Assembly: GCA_963733095.1 (NCBI GenBank)
Contig: CAVTBV010000003.1
Location: 32,001-96,000 of the forward strand
Direction of reading: 5' to 3'
Length of the DNA stretch: 64,000 nt
Source: Candidatus Bathyarchaeota archaeon
GTDB lineage: Archaea; Thermoproteota; Bathyarchaeia; Bathyarchaeales; Bathycorpusculaceae
Part shown: positions 39,287 through 49,829 of the stretch, piece by piece
Layout of the letters: every line of letters begins with the position of its first letter
Numbering within the stretch: position 1 is the stretch's first letter
Notes under the pieces: generated by a model
What the model was told of the DNA's origin: nothing
The model's database searches: none
The model's input: the letters and a program-made list of their open reading frames with translations, nothing else
Program-made: the position numbers and the translations under genes

Positions 39287-39763
39287 TTGCCAGATATTGT
39301 CGATACCGCTGTGGCATCAGGAACTTTTAACACCCTTGCAGAAGCGGTTAAAGCAGCAGGCCTAGTTGATACATTAAAGGGGCCGGGTCCATTCACGGTT
39401 TTTGCACCCACCGACGAAGCATTCAAGAAAGTACCCAAAGCAGACTTTGACAAACTCATGAAGGACCCAATGAAACTAAAAGAGGTTTTAACTTTCCATG
39501 TCGTGGAAGGAAAAATGACGACCGCCGACCAGAAAGAGCATGAGTATTTGAAGGCGCTTAACGGTGGAGAACTCAGAATAGACGCAAAAAGTTGGCATCT
39601 ACACAGGAACTTAAAGGTAAACGATGCAAACGTCGTCAAACCTGACTTAGTGGTGGATAACGGAGTTTGCCATGCCATAGATAAAGTGCTGATGCCAAAG
39701 ATAGTTACCATGGAAAAATCAATTGTAAATGACCTGACAATTTTACAGGTTCCTATTTTCTAA
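39287..39763 (+). CDS. Fasciclin (FAS1) domain protein
   Basis: GGAGGTGA + TTG; FTVFAPTDEAF, LTFHVV, NGVCHAIDKVL. Confidence 0.93.
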   Translation: MPDIVDTAVASGTFNTLAEAVKAAGLVDTLKGPGPFTVFAPTDEAFKKVPKADFDKLMKDPMKLKEVLTFHVVEGKMTTADQKEHEYLKALNGGELRIDAKSWHLHRNLKVNDANVVKPDLVVDNGVCHAIDKVLMPKIVTMEKSIVNDLTILQVPIF

Positions 39764-39786
39764 TTTTTGTCTCTAATGCTTTCTGT

Positions 39787-40206
39787 TTAGAGTTGTTGTT
39801 TTATTTTCTCCGCCATAACTTCTAGTTTGGCTCTTTCAACTTCTCTAAGTTCGCTGAATGGCGGCAGTTTTTGCCCTTCAAATCGGGGAACCACGTGAAC
39901 GTGGATGTGGAATATGTCTTGTCCTGCAGCCTTTCCGTTCTGTTGAATTATGCTTATGCCGTCAGCGTCGGTGGCTTTTTTGACTGCAAGGGAAACTTGT
40001 TTGGCGGTTTTATGCATTTGGCTTAACTCGTTTTCTGGAATGTCAAAAATGTCTATGTAATGGTCTTTGGGAATGATTAAGGTGTGACCCATGTTTAATG
40101 GTCGTATGTCGAGGAAAACCATGATTATGTCATCTTCGGTGATGATGCTTGCTGACGCTTGTTTGTTAACTATTTTGCAGAAAATGCAGTTTTCGTCGCG
40201 TTTCAA
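39787..40206 (-). CDS. HIT family nucleotide hydrolase
   Basis: CIFCKI, GHTLIIPK, HIHVHVVPR. Confidence 0.95.
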   Translation of the reverse strand: MKRDENCIFCKIVNKQASASIITEDDIIMVFLDIRPLNMGHTLIIPKDHYIDIFDIPENELSQMHKTAKQVSLAVKKATDADGISIIQQNGKAAGQDIFHIHVHVVPRFEGQKLPPFSELREVERAKLEVMAEKIKQQL

Positions 40207-40355
40207 AGTTAAACAACCTTGAGTTAATCATTCAATTATCCTGTTTGCTGCTGAATTAACTTTCCCTTTTGCCAGCCAGGAATCGCCAAAAAGGGAGGTA
40301 ACCGTAAAAACTAAAAACAAACATCAAGCATCAATATACCAGAGAGGAATACGCT

Positions 40356-41339
40356 ATTTCTGAACTTAACAAGCCACCAGCAAACATACAGGCAGAACTA
40401 ATAGCCCTAAGAAAAGCTTTAGACGACCAGATTCCCCCCAAAACACCGGACCGCAACTTGCTAATTGCAACATGGAACATTCGAGCATTCGGCAACTTAA
40501 CCGAAAAGTGGGAGACAAATGAAAAAGACAGCCCCAAAAGAAACTTACATGCATTAAGATGCATCGTTGACATTATCTCACGATTCGATATCATTGCGAT
40601 TCAAGAGGTAAAAGACAACCTCAAATGCCTGCGTGAAACAATTAAGGCGCTTGGACCGAACTGGATGTTCATAATGACAGATGTTACCAAAGGAAAAGAA
40701 GGTAACGATGAACGCTTAGCCTTTATTTTTGACACACGTAAAATCAAAATGTCTGGACTCGCCTGCGAAATCGTAGTTCCCGAAGAATACTTAATTGATC
40801 TAAGTTCCGAGGCGATGAAAACACAGTTTGCAAGAACACCATACGCCGTCAGCTTTTACTCGGCTGGAAGAACCTTCATCCTCTGCACTCTACACGTAAA
40901 ATATGGCCAAGCACCAGAACGGGTGCCTGAACTTAAGATGATTGCCAAGTGGCTTTCGGATTGGGCTAAGGAACTTCAAAGCTGGAAGCACGACCTCATT
41001 CCGCTGGGCGACTTCAACATCGACCGAAAAGACGACGACCTTTACAGAGCCTTTACGTCAACAGGGTTAGCTGTGCCCGAAGTTTTAACCAAGGTTCCGC
41101 GAACCATATTTAGCGACCCCAAAAAACCCGATACAGGACACTTCTTTGACCAAATTGCATGGTTCACAAAGCAAAAAGGCATTCCCGAGCTAACCTTGAA
41201 GTTTTTAAGTGGAGGAACCTTCGACTTCGTGCCTTACGCAATGTCCTCGCTAAAACTTACAAAGAACCAATTATCCTATCGCATTTCAGACCATTATCCG
41301 CTCTGGGCAGAATTCGACGTAAGAATCGACAACATTTAA
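40356..41339 (+). CDS. Endonuclease/exonuclease/phosphatase (DNase I-like) protein
   Basis: ATWNI, AIQEV, LGDFN, FDQI, ISDHYPL; frame extended from TTG 40458 to a probable ATT start at 40356. Confidence 0.88.
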   Translation: MSELNKPPANIQAELIALRKALDDQIPPKTPDRNLLIATWNIRAFGNLTEKWETNEKDSPKRNLHALRCIVDIISRFDIIAIQEVKDNLKCLRETIKALGPNWMFIMTDVTKGKEGNDERLAFIFDTRKIKMSGLACEIVVPEEYLIDLSSEAMKTQFARTPYAVSFYSAGRTFILCTLHVKYGQAPERVPELKMIAKWLSDWAKELQSWKHDLIPLGDFNIDRKDDDLYRAFTSTGLAVPEVLTKVPRTIFSDPKKPDTGHFFDQIAWFTKQKGIPELTLKFLSGGTFDFVPYAMSSLKLTKNQLSYRISDHYPLWAEFDVRIDNI

Positions 41340-41439
41340 AACTGCTAAATCCACCTTCGTTTTAGGTATTCGCTGGAAACAATGGTTTATATCTTTTGTA
41401 ACGTTTTATTTCTTTCATCTGTTTTAGGAGTTAAAAATT

Positions 41440-41724
41440 ATGACTGAACTTGAAGAAAAAGTGCGCGTAGAAGTTGGCAAAGTGCAAGACCCAGAAACTG
41501 GACAGAGTTTCGAGGAAATGCAGATGATTCAGAGCGTAAAAGAAAACGAGCCTGGAATAGTCACGGTTGAATTTGTTCCAACAAGCCCCTTCTGCCCCAT
41601 CGCATTCAAGCTCTCAGCAGACATACGCGATGCGGCAAAGTCGGTTCCTGGTGTGAAAAGAGCTGTTGTTTTCTGCCGTGGACATGCAATGGAACAGCAA
41701 ATTAACGAAATGACCAACAAGTAA
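41440..41724 (+). CDS. DUF59/MIP18-family Fe-S cluster assembly protein
   Basis: VQDPE, TSPFCP motif. Confidence 0.88.
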   Translation: MTELEEKVRVEVGKVQDPETGQSFEEMQMIQSVKENEPGIVTVEFVPTSPFCPIAFKLSADIRDAAKSVPGVKRAVVFCRGHAMEQQINEMTNK

Positions 41725-41773
41725 GGTTTGTTTTCATTTTCTTTTTTCTTTATCTTGAGCAAACATTTGCAGA

Positions 41774-42544
41774 TTATTTCATTCTTGTAAATGCCCACGT
41801 ACCAACAACAATCATTAAGCCGTCAAAGAGCGCGACGACTCCAAGATCAACCCATAACGGTTGAACCTGAAGAGCAGTCCATGAGGAACCTAACATGACA
41901 TTTCTCAAGGCGTCAACCCCGTAGGTTAGGGGATTCCATGCGGCAACGGCGGTTAACCAGCTTGGAAGGCTACCGCCTTTAAGGGGAAACAAAGCGCCGC
42001 TTAAAAAGAACAAGGGAAGGTTAACGAATGTTTGGATGGCGCCGAAGCCTTCAAGGTTACCCATAAAACTTGCAATCGTTAACCCAATGCTGACTAAGCC
42101 GAAAGTGACTAGCATCATTACTGGTAATGCGAACAGGAGTGTTATGGGGTTTATGGGGATACCCAGCGCCAAGCCGATGGCAAAGACTATTATGCCCTGC
42201 AGAAAAGCGTCTGTGCTGTCACCTACCATTTTTCCTAAGAAAATTGTTAATCGGGAAACAGGTGAAACCAGGATTTCTTTCATGAACCCAAATTCCTTGT
42301 CCCAGATAACGTTTATGCCCATGAACATGGCTGTAAAGAGCAAGGTTTGACCGATTATGCCTGGAAGTATAACTTGTTGATAGTTCAAGTTTGCAGGTAA
42401 TGAAAAACGTGTACTAAACGCTGCAACGAAGATGACAAGCCAAAGCAGTGGCTGAATAAAACTGGTTACAAGACGGGTTCGGTCGCGGTAGAACCGTTTG
42501 AGTTCACGAAGCCAAAGCGTGTAGAAGCCGCGGGTTTCACTCAT
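41774..42544 (-). CDS. ABC-2 exporter permease (DrrB-like)
   Basis: QPLLWL, DKEFGFMKEILVSP, NPLTYGVDALR. Confidence 0.92.
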   Translation of the reverse strand: MSETRGFYTLWLRELKRFYRDRTRLVTSFIQPLLWLVIFVAAFSTRFSLPANLNYQQVILPGIIGQTLLFTAMFMGINVIWDKEFGFMKEILVSPVSRLTIFLGKMVGDSTDAFLQGIIVFAIGLALGIPINPITLLFALPVMMLVTFGLVSIGLTIASFMGNLEGFGAIQTFVNLPLFFLSGALFPLKGGSLPSWLTAVAAWNPLTYGVDALRNVMLGSSWTALQVQPLWVDLGVVALFDGLMIVVGTWAFTRMK

Positions 42545-43530
42545 CTTATTACCCTCCTGCGAGCCGCTGCGCCCCCATGCAACTCTTTTCCCGTGTCTTG
42601 ACGAATCGTTCTCCCCGTGTAATGCAGGAATACGTCTTCGAGGTTGGGCTCGCGTAAAAGCAATGATTCAACATAAATTTTGTTTTGAGTTGCAATCTCC
42701 ATGATGCGGGGCATTACTTCTTTGCCCTTTCGCACCGTAATTTCAAGTGCTCCATCAACCAAAGTTGTTTGATTTAACCCCAACGATTTATTGACAAGTT
42801 CAGTTAAAGCGGGGATGTTGTTAGATCTGACAATTATTACGTCGCCTTCAAGGGTTTCCTTAAGTTTAGGGGGCGTATCCAAGACAACGATTTTGCCGTG
42901 ATCCATGATGGCGATGCGGTCTGAGAGTCTGTCTGCTTCATCCATGTAATGCGTTGTTAAGACTACAGTGATGTCGTGGGTTTGTTTGAGTTCTTTTATG
43001 TATTTCCAGATGTGATCTCGGGTTTGGGGATCCAATCCAACTGTTGGTTCGTCTAAGAAGAGCACTTTAGGGTAATGGATTAAGCCGCGTCCCAATTCCA
43101 GCCTTCGACGCATCCCACCTGAATAGGTACGAAGTAAATCATCTGCTCTATCCTCGAGCTCAACGAGTTTTAGGATGCGGTTTATGCGGTCCTTCTGTTC
43201 TGACGCAGGAACTCCATAGAGGTTAGCGTGCATGTAGAGGTTTTCTCTGCCTGTTAAGCGGTCGTCGATGCTGGGGTCTTGGAAAACTATGCCTATGGAT
43301 TTTCGAACTTTGTTTGCTTCCCGAACGATGTCAAAGCCGTTTACGGTTGCGGAGCCAGAGGTTGGCTTTAGAATTGTACAAAGCATTGAGACTGTGGTTG
43401 TTTTTCCTGCGCCGTTGGGTCCTAGCAATCCAAAAATTTCGCCTGATTCTACTACAATGTCTAATGTGTCAACTGCTTTGAGGGAATTGTAAGTCTTCAT
43501 CAGCTGGTGGGTTTCGATGGCGTAGAACAT
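42541..43530 (-). CDS. ABC-2 exporter ATP-binding subunit (DrrA-like)
   Basis: GPNGAGKTT, YSGGMRRRLE, LDEPTVGLD; start ATG 43530. Confidence 0.95.
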   Translation of the reverse strand: MFYAIETHQLMKTYNSLKAVDTLDIVVESGEIFGLLGPNGAGKTTTVSMLCTILKPTSGSATVNGFDIVREANKVRKSIGIVFQDPSIDDRLTGRENLYMHANLYGVPASEQKDRINRILKLVELEDRADDLLRTYSGGMRRRLELGRGLIHYPKVLFLDEPTVGLDPQTRDHIWKYIKELKQTHDITVVLTTHYMDEADRLSDRIAIMDHGKIVVLDTPPKLKETLEGDVIIVRSNNIPALTELVNKSLGLNQTTLVDGALEITVRKGKEVMPRIMEIATQNKIYVESLLLREPNLEDVFLHYTGRTIRQDTGKELHGGAAARRRVIR

Positions 43531-43672
43531 ATTTTTGATTTCTCTTTTTAGCAATGAAACTTTGGACAGATTTAAGGATATTTGCCCTACTCATTCATAG
43601 AGCCAAAAAAAACAGTTCTGACGGAAGATTTCGTAAACATTAAATTGCTCGAAATATCATCTTATTGCTGAG

Positions 43673-44119
43673 ATGGATTTTATGCCAGAATTGAATTTTG
43701 AAGGAAGTGCCACTTGGAAAGGCGGCGCTGAATGTGAACTCACCGTTGGAGATAAAACAATTACAACCGTAAGTCCACCGCCCTCGTTTGGGGGCAAAGA
43801 AGGCTATTGCACACCAGAGCACATCTTTGCTGCTGCACTCGCATCATGCATCAACACCTTGTTTCTGCTAATCGCCAAAAACAGCCAGCTAGGACTCAAG
43901 AATCTAGAAACCCAAGCAAACGTTAAAATGAACGTCGAAGGCATGGAGAAACTGATATTCACAAACGTACACTTCAAAATGAACGTTGCATTAGAAAATG
44001 ACAATGAACGCGAACGCAAAAAAGCATCCACAGTCTACGGCATGGCACAGAAGATTTGCCCAATCAGGCAATCTTGGGGCGAAGCGGTTCCAATAAGCTT
44101 TGAACTGAATTTTAAGTAA
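43673..44119 (+). CDS. OsmC-family protein
   Basis: PPSFGG…TPEHIFAAALASC and second Cys in KICPI. Confidence 0.88.
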   Translation: MDFMPELNFEGSATWKGGAECELTVGDKTITTVSPPPSFGGKEGYCTPEHIFAAALASCINTLFLLIAKNSQLGLKNLETQANVKMNVEGMEKLIFTNVHFKMNVALENDNERERKKASTVYGMAQKICPIRQSWGEAVPISFELNFK

Positions 44120-44213
44120 ACTGGCTGTTTTTCTACGCTGGTCAACCCTTTTTTATTTTAATCTTAAAAATTATTTAAGTGACAATAGTAAGTATCTCAA
44201 TTGGGCTTGAGGT

Positions 44214-44921
44214 ATGTTTGATTCAGAGCGGCAACTTGGAATCATTGTAGATCTTATTTTACCACTCGATTTTGCCACAAGATATGACGTTTATTTCACG
44301 GACGCTCGCATTGCGATTGTTTGCATGGGAAAACCAGACCGTGCTGGTGAAGCTTTAGAGAGTCGTCCTTTGCTCTTTGGGATTACGCCGGCAGTTCCAG
44401 TGAATAGAGCCGAGGCAAGAAAGAACAGGCAAATAATGGAAGAACAACTCAACAAATTGAGCTTAGTGGAGAAATTAAAGCTCAGCAAGAAAAGTTGTTT
44501 GTACACTTACGACGAGATAGAAGAGGTAAAGTTGGTTGCAGGCAAGAAGCCCAAGTTTGTTATTCTAAGCAAAGATTGCGTATCAAAATTTGCCCCAAAT
44601 GAAGAGCAGTTTAGACAACTGATTGATTTGCTGCCCACAATAGAGATGTTGAAGAATAAGCTTTCGATTTTTGGCAATTTTAACTTGAATGCTTCTCAGA
44701 AACTAAAATCGGCAACCTTCAGTTGCAAGTATTGCGGTTATGAAAATGACCTTGACGCAGTATTTTGCCAAATGTGCGGAAATCAAATTCAAACTCAAAT
44801 ACCAAACAACCCAGCTTTCACTGAGATTTCTTGCGTTTTTTGCCACGCAAAGAATAAGATGCAAGCATTATTCTGCAAAAAATGCGGCAAACCGACTATT
44901 AACAATCAAACCACCATGTAA
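44214..44921 (+). CDS. Protein with N-terminal PH-like region and C-terminal double zinc ribbon
   Basis: YFTDARI; CKYC…FCQMCG; CVFC…FCKKCG. Confidence 0.8.
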   Translation: MFDSERQLGIIVDLILPLDFATRYDVYFTDARIAIVCMGKPDRAGEALESRPLLFGITPAVPVNRAEARKNRQIMEEQLNKLSLVEKLKLSKKSCLYTYDEIEEVKLVAGKKPKFVILSKDCVSKFAPNEEQFRQLIDLLPTIEMLKNKLSIFGNFNLNASQKLKSATFSCKYCGYENDLDAVFCQMCGNQIQTQIPNNPAFTEISCVFCHAKNKMQALFCKKCGKPTINNQTTM

Positions 44922-44997
44922 GCCATATTGCTGAGTGACGGTTACGCATTAGGCTTAAATACAGAGTCTTTTCTATTTGCAATCGGTGCATCGAAAC

Positions 44998-45771
44998 ATG
45001 AGTATTCCACATGCGGTAGACCTTCAAGGCGTAACAAAGCGCTTCAACGAAATTGTAGCAGTAAACAACATGAACTTAACCATAGAAACAGGTGAAATCT
45101 TTGCTCTTTTGGGGCCTAACGGTTCAGGAAAATCCACCACCCTAAAAATGTTGCTGGGTCTGCTTCAGCCAACTGCAGGATCTGTTAACGTCTTAGGCAT
45201 TGACGTACAAAAAGACCCCGTAGCAGTTAAACGACAAGTAGGATACGTGCCCGAATCACCCGACGTATACGAGTTCCTTACTGGACTTGAATACTTAGAC
45301 TTCATCGCCGACATTTACAGTATACCAACAAGTGAAAAACAGAAACGCATAACCGAATACCTAAAAGCCCTTCAACTCGAAGGCCGAGAAGGCGACATGA
45401 TAAACAGCTATTCAGACGGCATGAAAAAGAAAATCAGTCTCATCTCTGCTTTTCTGCACAAACCTAAACTGCTGATATTAGACGAACCCCTAAACGCACT
45501 TGACCCCAGAAGCGCCAGAATAGTCAAAGACTACCTAAACCAGCTCAAAACACAAGGTATAACCACCATCCTCTCAACACACGTTTTGGAAATCGCAGAA
45601 GCTGTATGCGACCGAATAGCTATAATGTATCAAGGCAACATCTTAGCATTAGGCAACATGGGCGAACTCCGAGAGAAAGCAAGTTTGCCAGGTTCAGGAT
45701 TAGAAGACATATTCCTCAAACTCACTGGAACGGGCGACCTAAAACCTGTTGTTGAGGAACTGTTGAAATGA
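44998..45771 (+). CDS. ABC transporter ATP-binding protein
   Basis: GPNGSGKST, YSDGMKKK, ILDEP, LSTH. Confidence 0.93.
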   Translation: MSIPHAVDLQGVTKRFNEIVAVNNMNLTIETGEIFALLGPNGSGKSTTLKMLLGLLQPTAGSVNVLGIDVQKDPVAVKRQVGYVPESPDVYEFLTGLEYLDFIADIYSIPTSEKQKRITEYLKALQLEGREGDMINSYSDGMKKKISLISAFLHKPKLLILDEPLNALDPRSARIVKDYLNQLKTQGITTILSTHVLEIAEAVCDRIAIMYQGNILALGNMGELREKASLPGSGLEDIFLKLTGTGDLKPVVEELLK

Positions 45772-47465
45772 ACTGGAAAAATGTCCTCTACCTGCTACGT
45801 GTGGAACGCAAATCAGGTAGGCTAGTTCGGGGTGTAAAAACCACAAGATACCGCGAGAGCGGCATTCTGGCTTATTGGCCATATTGGGTTGCAGCAATAA
45901 TCGGCGTTATCGGCGGTTTACTGGCTAATTTGGCAGTGGCGGCAATATACTCAAGCGGCGAAGTCTCAGGTTTGCCTTCATTATCTGATGCAGCGCTTAG
46001 CTTTTTTGTTTCTCTGCCGACGCTTATTCTTATCTTAAGCGTAGTCCTAACAATGCTGCAGCAAATCCAGTTGGCAGGCGTTAAAGCAACTAGGCAAGTA
46101 ATGTACTGGTTGCCTATAACATGGCAGGAACACACGTTAGCTTCAATTCTGGCTAATCTGTTTGGAATCCCCCTTGCAGCCGTGATAGCGTTTGCCTCTG
46201 GAGTTATTGCTTTCTCAGCTTTCAACGGCTTAATGGCACCTGCATTACTGACCTCGCTTGCACTGTTTGCGGCAGCTTTTATGGCAAGTTCCACAACTGA
46301 AATTCTTCGTGTCGTCCAAGTTCGATTTACAGGTGCAGTTTACAAATCAAGCGGCAAAGCCGCCGTCTGGGTAAGATTCATCGGAACCTTAGCGTTTTTC
46401 CTCATATTCTACATAATATACTTCTCTCTCACTCAAGGAACCGCAGCCTTCGTGCAAGGTTTAGCACAAGCCCAAAACACGGTTTGGTTTGTCCCCTTCG
46501 TTTGGCTTGGCGTTACCCTCTTCTACTTGTTAGGTGGCGCATTCTTGCAAGGCATCATATTCGTCGCTTTATCAGCAATATTCATAGCAGGCATTTACTA
46601 TCTTGCCATCTCATTAAACAGCCGATTTGGATTGTATGAGCCGCCAGCTATTACCGTTCAAAAAAGCGGCACCATTTACACGCCGAAAACGGGCTTCTTA
46701 GGAAAACTTGGATTCTCAAGCGTAGAAGCAGCTCTCATCAACAAAGACACCCGAGCGTTCACCAGACGTAGAGAACTCATTAGCATATTCATCGTACCTA
46801 TAGTCTTCATCATAATACCAATCATGCAATCAGTAGGTGTAACAAGCAACGCTAACGCGCCCTCTGAAATTAGCATATTTTTTGTTGGCATGACCTTTTT
46901 GTTGCCAGCTTCAGTCATGGCTATGTCGCTGGGAAACATGCTGATTGGCGAAGAAGGGCAAGCCGTATGGAGAATCTATGCTTCACCTATTTCCCCCAAA
47001 AACTTAGTTAAAAGCAAAATGTTCTTCCTCACGGCGCTCTCAATACTTGTCCTTCTTGTAACTGTGACAGCTGGAACCCTATTTTACCATCCTTCAATTA
47101 GAATGGTAATTACAGGTTTCATAGAAGGACTCCTGTTGATCCTTGCTTTAGGCTCAATCGGTCTTGCAATCGGTTTCAAAGGTGCTGATTTCACCGTGAG
47201 TCGAAGAGCAAGGATGATTCGCCAAAAATGGTCTCTCATAAGTTTAGGTGTATGCTCCATTGCTGGCCTAGCAATACTGGCGCCAATAATACCGTATGTT
47301 ATAAGTTCCCTCCTCTCCAGCTTGTTCCCTATGGGTCCAATAAGCAACCTCAACCTTGCTGTATCCCTTGCAATCAGCGCAGTAATCGCCACCGTGATAA
47401 CCGCAATCTTTTACAAAGTGAACATCAACAGCGCCACAGAACTCATTCGGAAAGCTGAAACCTAA
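45768..47465 (+). CDS. Multi-pass ABC exporter permease
   Basis: About 12 TM helices; ATGA overlap with the ATPase gene. Confidence 0.85.
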   Translation: MNWKNVLYLLRVERKSGRLVRGVKTTRYRESGILAYWPYWVAAIIGVIGGLLANLAVAAIYSSGEVSGLPSLSDAALSFFVSLPTLILILSVVLTMLQQIQLAGVKATRQVMYWLPITWQEHTLASILANLFGIPLAAVIAFASGVIAFSAFNGLMAPALLTSLALFAAAFMASSTTEILRVVQVRFTGAVYKSSGKAAVWVRFIGTLAFFLIFYIIYFSLTQGTAAFVQGLAQAQNTVWFVPFVWLGVTLFYLLGGAFLQGIIFVALSAIFIAGIYYLAISLNSRFGLYEPPAITVQKSGTIYTPKTGFLGKLGFSSVEAALINKDTRAFTRRRELISIFIVPIVFIIIPIMQSVGVTSNANAPSEISIFFVGMTFLLPASVMAMSLGNMLIGEEGQAVWRIYASPISPKNLVKSKMFFLTALSILVLLVTVTAGTLFYHPSIRMVITGFIEGLLLILALGSIGLAIGFKGADFTVSRRARMIRQKWSLISLGVCSIAGLAILAPIIPYVISSLLSSLFPMGPISNLNLAVSLAISAVIATVITAIFYKVNINSATELIRKAET

Positions 47466-47556
47466 AATCCAACCTATCCTTCAAAATTTTTTACTTACCG
47501 AGCAGTCAACCTTAAAAGCAAATAACGAGTCAACGTTAACTTGTTATTGATAGCTT

Positions 47557-47727
47557 ATGGGTAATGAGGGAAAAGGACCCATCTTTAGGCGAAAAGACGA
47601 CAGGTATTTGCTCTATTTACCCGTTCGCGTGGTAGATGACAGCATGTTTCCGCTCAAATGCGACGGCTCAATGCCAGTTAAAGTCCATTTTAAACTCAAA
47701 GACAGCAAGTTAATCGTAGAAAAATAA
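47557..47727 (+). CDS. 56-aa AbrB/SpoVT-like small protein (not in the ORF track)
   Basis: MGNEGKGPIFRRKDDRYLLYLPVRVVDDSMFPLKCDGSMPVKVHFKLKDSKLIVEK; strand-strand-helix-strand-strand pattern. Confidence 0.65.
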   Translation: MGNEGKGPIFRRKDDRYLLYLPVRVVDDSMFPLKCDGSMPVKVHFKLKDSKLIVEK

Positions 47728-48085
47728 ACAGAAGAAAATCCCTAAACCCAAACACGTCTTTAAACAATCTTTTCTGATAGTTGCTACTGCGTCACAGTCA
47801 CAAATTCATTTAAACCATCCATTGCCTTTGGCTGGCAAAGGGAACAGCAACGACATATGAAACCTATAAGTGCCCAATCTGCAAAGCAGAGTTTTCGACT
47901 CCTGAAGAATTAAGGTAACATAGAATGAACCTGCATAAAGAACAGAGCCACGATTCAAAGACAGATGCTTCTTAGCCAAAAAGCTTCGAACTTTTGCTCC
48001 ACTTACCTTAAGAATTTTGTTGTTGCACAACATTATTTCATCAACTTTATCTATCAGACAAAACATTGTTTTTTAGAGGCATTTT

Positions 48086-48526
48086 ATGAAAGAACTAACA
48101 TTAAAAAGCCCAGAGTTCCAACATAACGGCCCAATTCCCAAGAAATACAGTTGCGACGGCCAAGAAGTTAATCCACCCATAACAATTGAAGGCACCCCTA
48201 AAGAAACAAAGAGCCTTGCGCTGGTTATGGATGACCCAGATGCGCCAAGCGGAACATTTGACCACTGGGTCGTCTGGAACATTCCGCCTTTAATAAGCAA
48301 AATAGCTGAGAATTCAGTTCCTGGAACTGAGGGTTTGAACAGCTCGCATCAAACGGGGTTTATGGGTCCCTGTCCGCCTTCGGGCACGCATAGGTATTTT
48401 TTTAAGGTTTACGCGTTGGATGTCAAATTAAGTTTGGACGATAGGTCCACGAAAAAAGACCTTGAAAAAGCAATGGCAGGGCACATAGTTGCTAAGGGCG
48501 AATTGATAGGCCTCTACCACAGATAG
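48086..48526 (+). CDS. YbhB/YbcL (PEBP/Raf kinase inhibitor-like) protein
   Basis: DDPDAP, FDHWVVWNI, GPCPPSGTHRYFF. Confidence 0.94.
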   Translation: MKELTLKSPEFQHNGPIPKKYSCDGQEVNPPITIEGTPKETKSLALVMDDPDAPSGTFDHWVVWNIPPLISKIAENSVPGTEGLNSSHQTGFMGPCPPSGTHRYFFKVYALDVKLSLDDRSTKKDLEKAMAGHIVAKGELIGLYHR

Positions 48527-48616
48527 CCAAGTTCTTTCTTTTTTTGTGTCCGTTTGGTTTGTTTCAAACGTTAAATACTCTTGTTTATGATTATTCTATC
48601 ATTTGGTTGAGCAGAC

Positions 48617-49798
48617 TTGAACCGTAAACTCGCCGCCTTAACCGCCATAGTCCTCATCGTGCTGATTGTCCTATCGCTGTTTATAGCGTTGAACGCTTTC
48701 AGTAACCAAACCGCAGCTAGGCCATTCTACGTGGGCGTCGAATACGCGTATGGAAACAACCAAACCGAAGAAGTCCAAATAGACCAAATTCAAACCTTAG
48801 TAAACAAAGTTAAGGATTACACAAACCTGTTTGTAATGGGCGACGTCAGCTTGACCTTCAATCAAACGGCTCTGTACGAAGCTTGCGATTACATCTACAA
48901 CAATTCTGAACTGAACTTCATCATTCTGTTCACAGGCGGAAACTACTACAGCTACAACATCGTTCAATGGATGTTCGAAGCAAAAGACAGGTACGGCGAC
49001 AGACTCCTTGAAATCTACAAGTACGATGAACCCGGCGGAAACCAAATCGACAATACACCCTCTCAACTAATCAACAAGACTGTAATCAGCCCCGACGCAA
49101 CCTACAGCGCCATAGCAGAAAACTATGTCGGAAACCTAAGTTTCATGGTAAATTTTTACCAGAATATGGCCCATCTTAATCTCTCAACCGCAGACTATGG
49201 ACTCTACTGGTTTGACTACAAATCAAACTACACCTCAATCTATGCAGAGTTTGTTGGCAACGAAAGTAGCCAACGCATCATCGCTTTAGACAGGGGCGCA
49301 GCAGACGCTTTTGGCAAAGACTGGGGCGTGATTGTTAACTGGAAATATAACCAAGCGCCATACCTTGAGTCTGGGCTCGAATTGTACGAGGATTTATCGT
49401 TAGCTTATAGTGCAGGAGCCAAGTACGGAATTGTGTTCAGTTATCCAGTCTACCCAGAAAACAACCCATATGGTACTTTGCAGGATGAGCATTTCGATGC
49501 ACTTAAGAAATTCTGGAACACTCTCAACAGAAGCCCCGCCAATTTTGGCTCAAACACGCCTGAAGCCGCATACATCGTGCCCAAGGACTACGGATTTGGT
49601 TTTCGAAGCCCAACTGACACTATCTGGGGTCTGAAACCGGCTGATGCACTATCACAAAAAATCTACGAAGACACAAACATCATTCTTCCCAGCATTTATG
49701 GCTCCCGCTTTGACATTCTTTATGATGAGCCAGAAATAATTACTGCTCTATTACAGAATTATACGGCTATTTACTACTGGAACCAAACAATTCCATAA
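48617..49798 (+). CDS. Membrane-anchored secreted hypothetical protein (possible TIM-barrel/glycoside hydrolase-like)
   Basis: Signal anchor; YDEPGG, TADYGLYWFDY, RGAA motifs. Confidence 0.75.
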   Translation: MNRKLAALTAIVLIVLIVLSLFIALNAFSNQTAARPFYVGVEYAYGNNQTEEVQIDQIQTLVNKVKDYTNLFVMGDVSLTFNQTALYEACDYIYNNSELNFIILFTGGNYYSYNIVQWMFEAKDRYGDRLLEIYKYDEPGGNQIDNTPSQLINKTVISPDATYSAIAENYVGNLSFMVNFYQNMAHLNLSTADYGLYWFDYKSNYTSIYAEFVGNESSQRIIALDRGAADAFGKDWGVIVNWKYNQAPYLESGLELYEDLSLAYSAGAKYGIVFSYPVYPENNPYGTLQDEHFDALKKFWNTLNRSPANFGSNTPEAAYIVPKDYGFGFRSPTDTIWGLKPADALSQKIYEDTNIILPSIYGSRFDILYDEPEIITALLQNYTAIYYWNQTIP

Positions 49799-49829
49799 CT
49801 CCGCAACTAGTTCCATAACATTTCAACAT

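Noticed and set aside
47806-48066. 86-aa minus-strand ORF
   Set aside because: No RBS or motif, and it occupies the promoter region of the divergent PEBP gene
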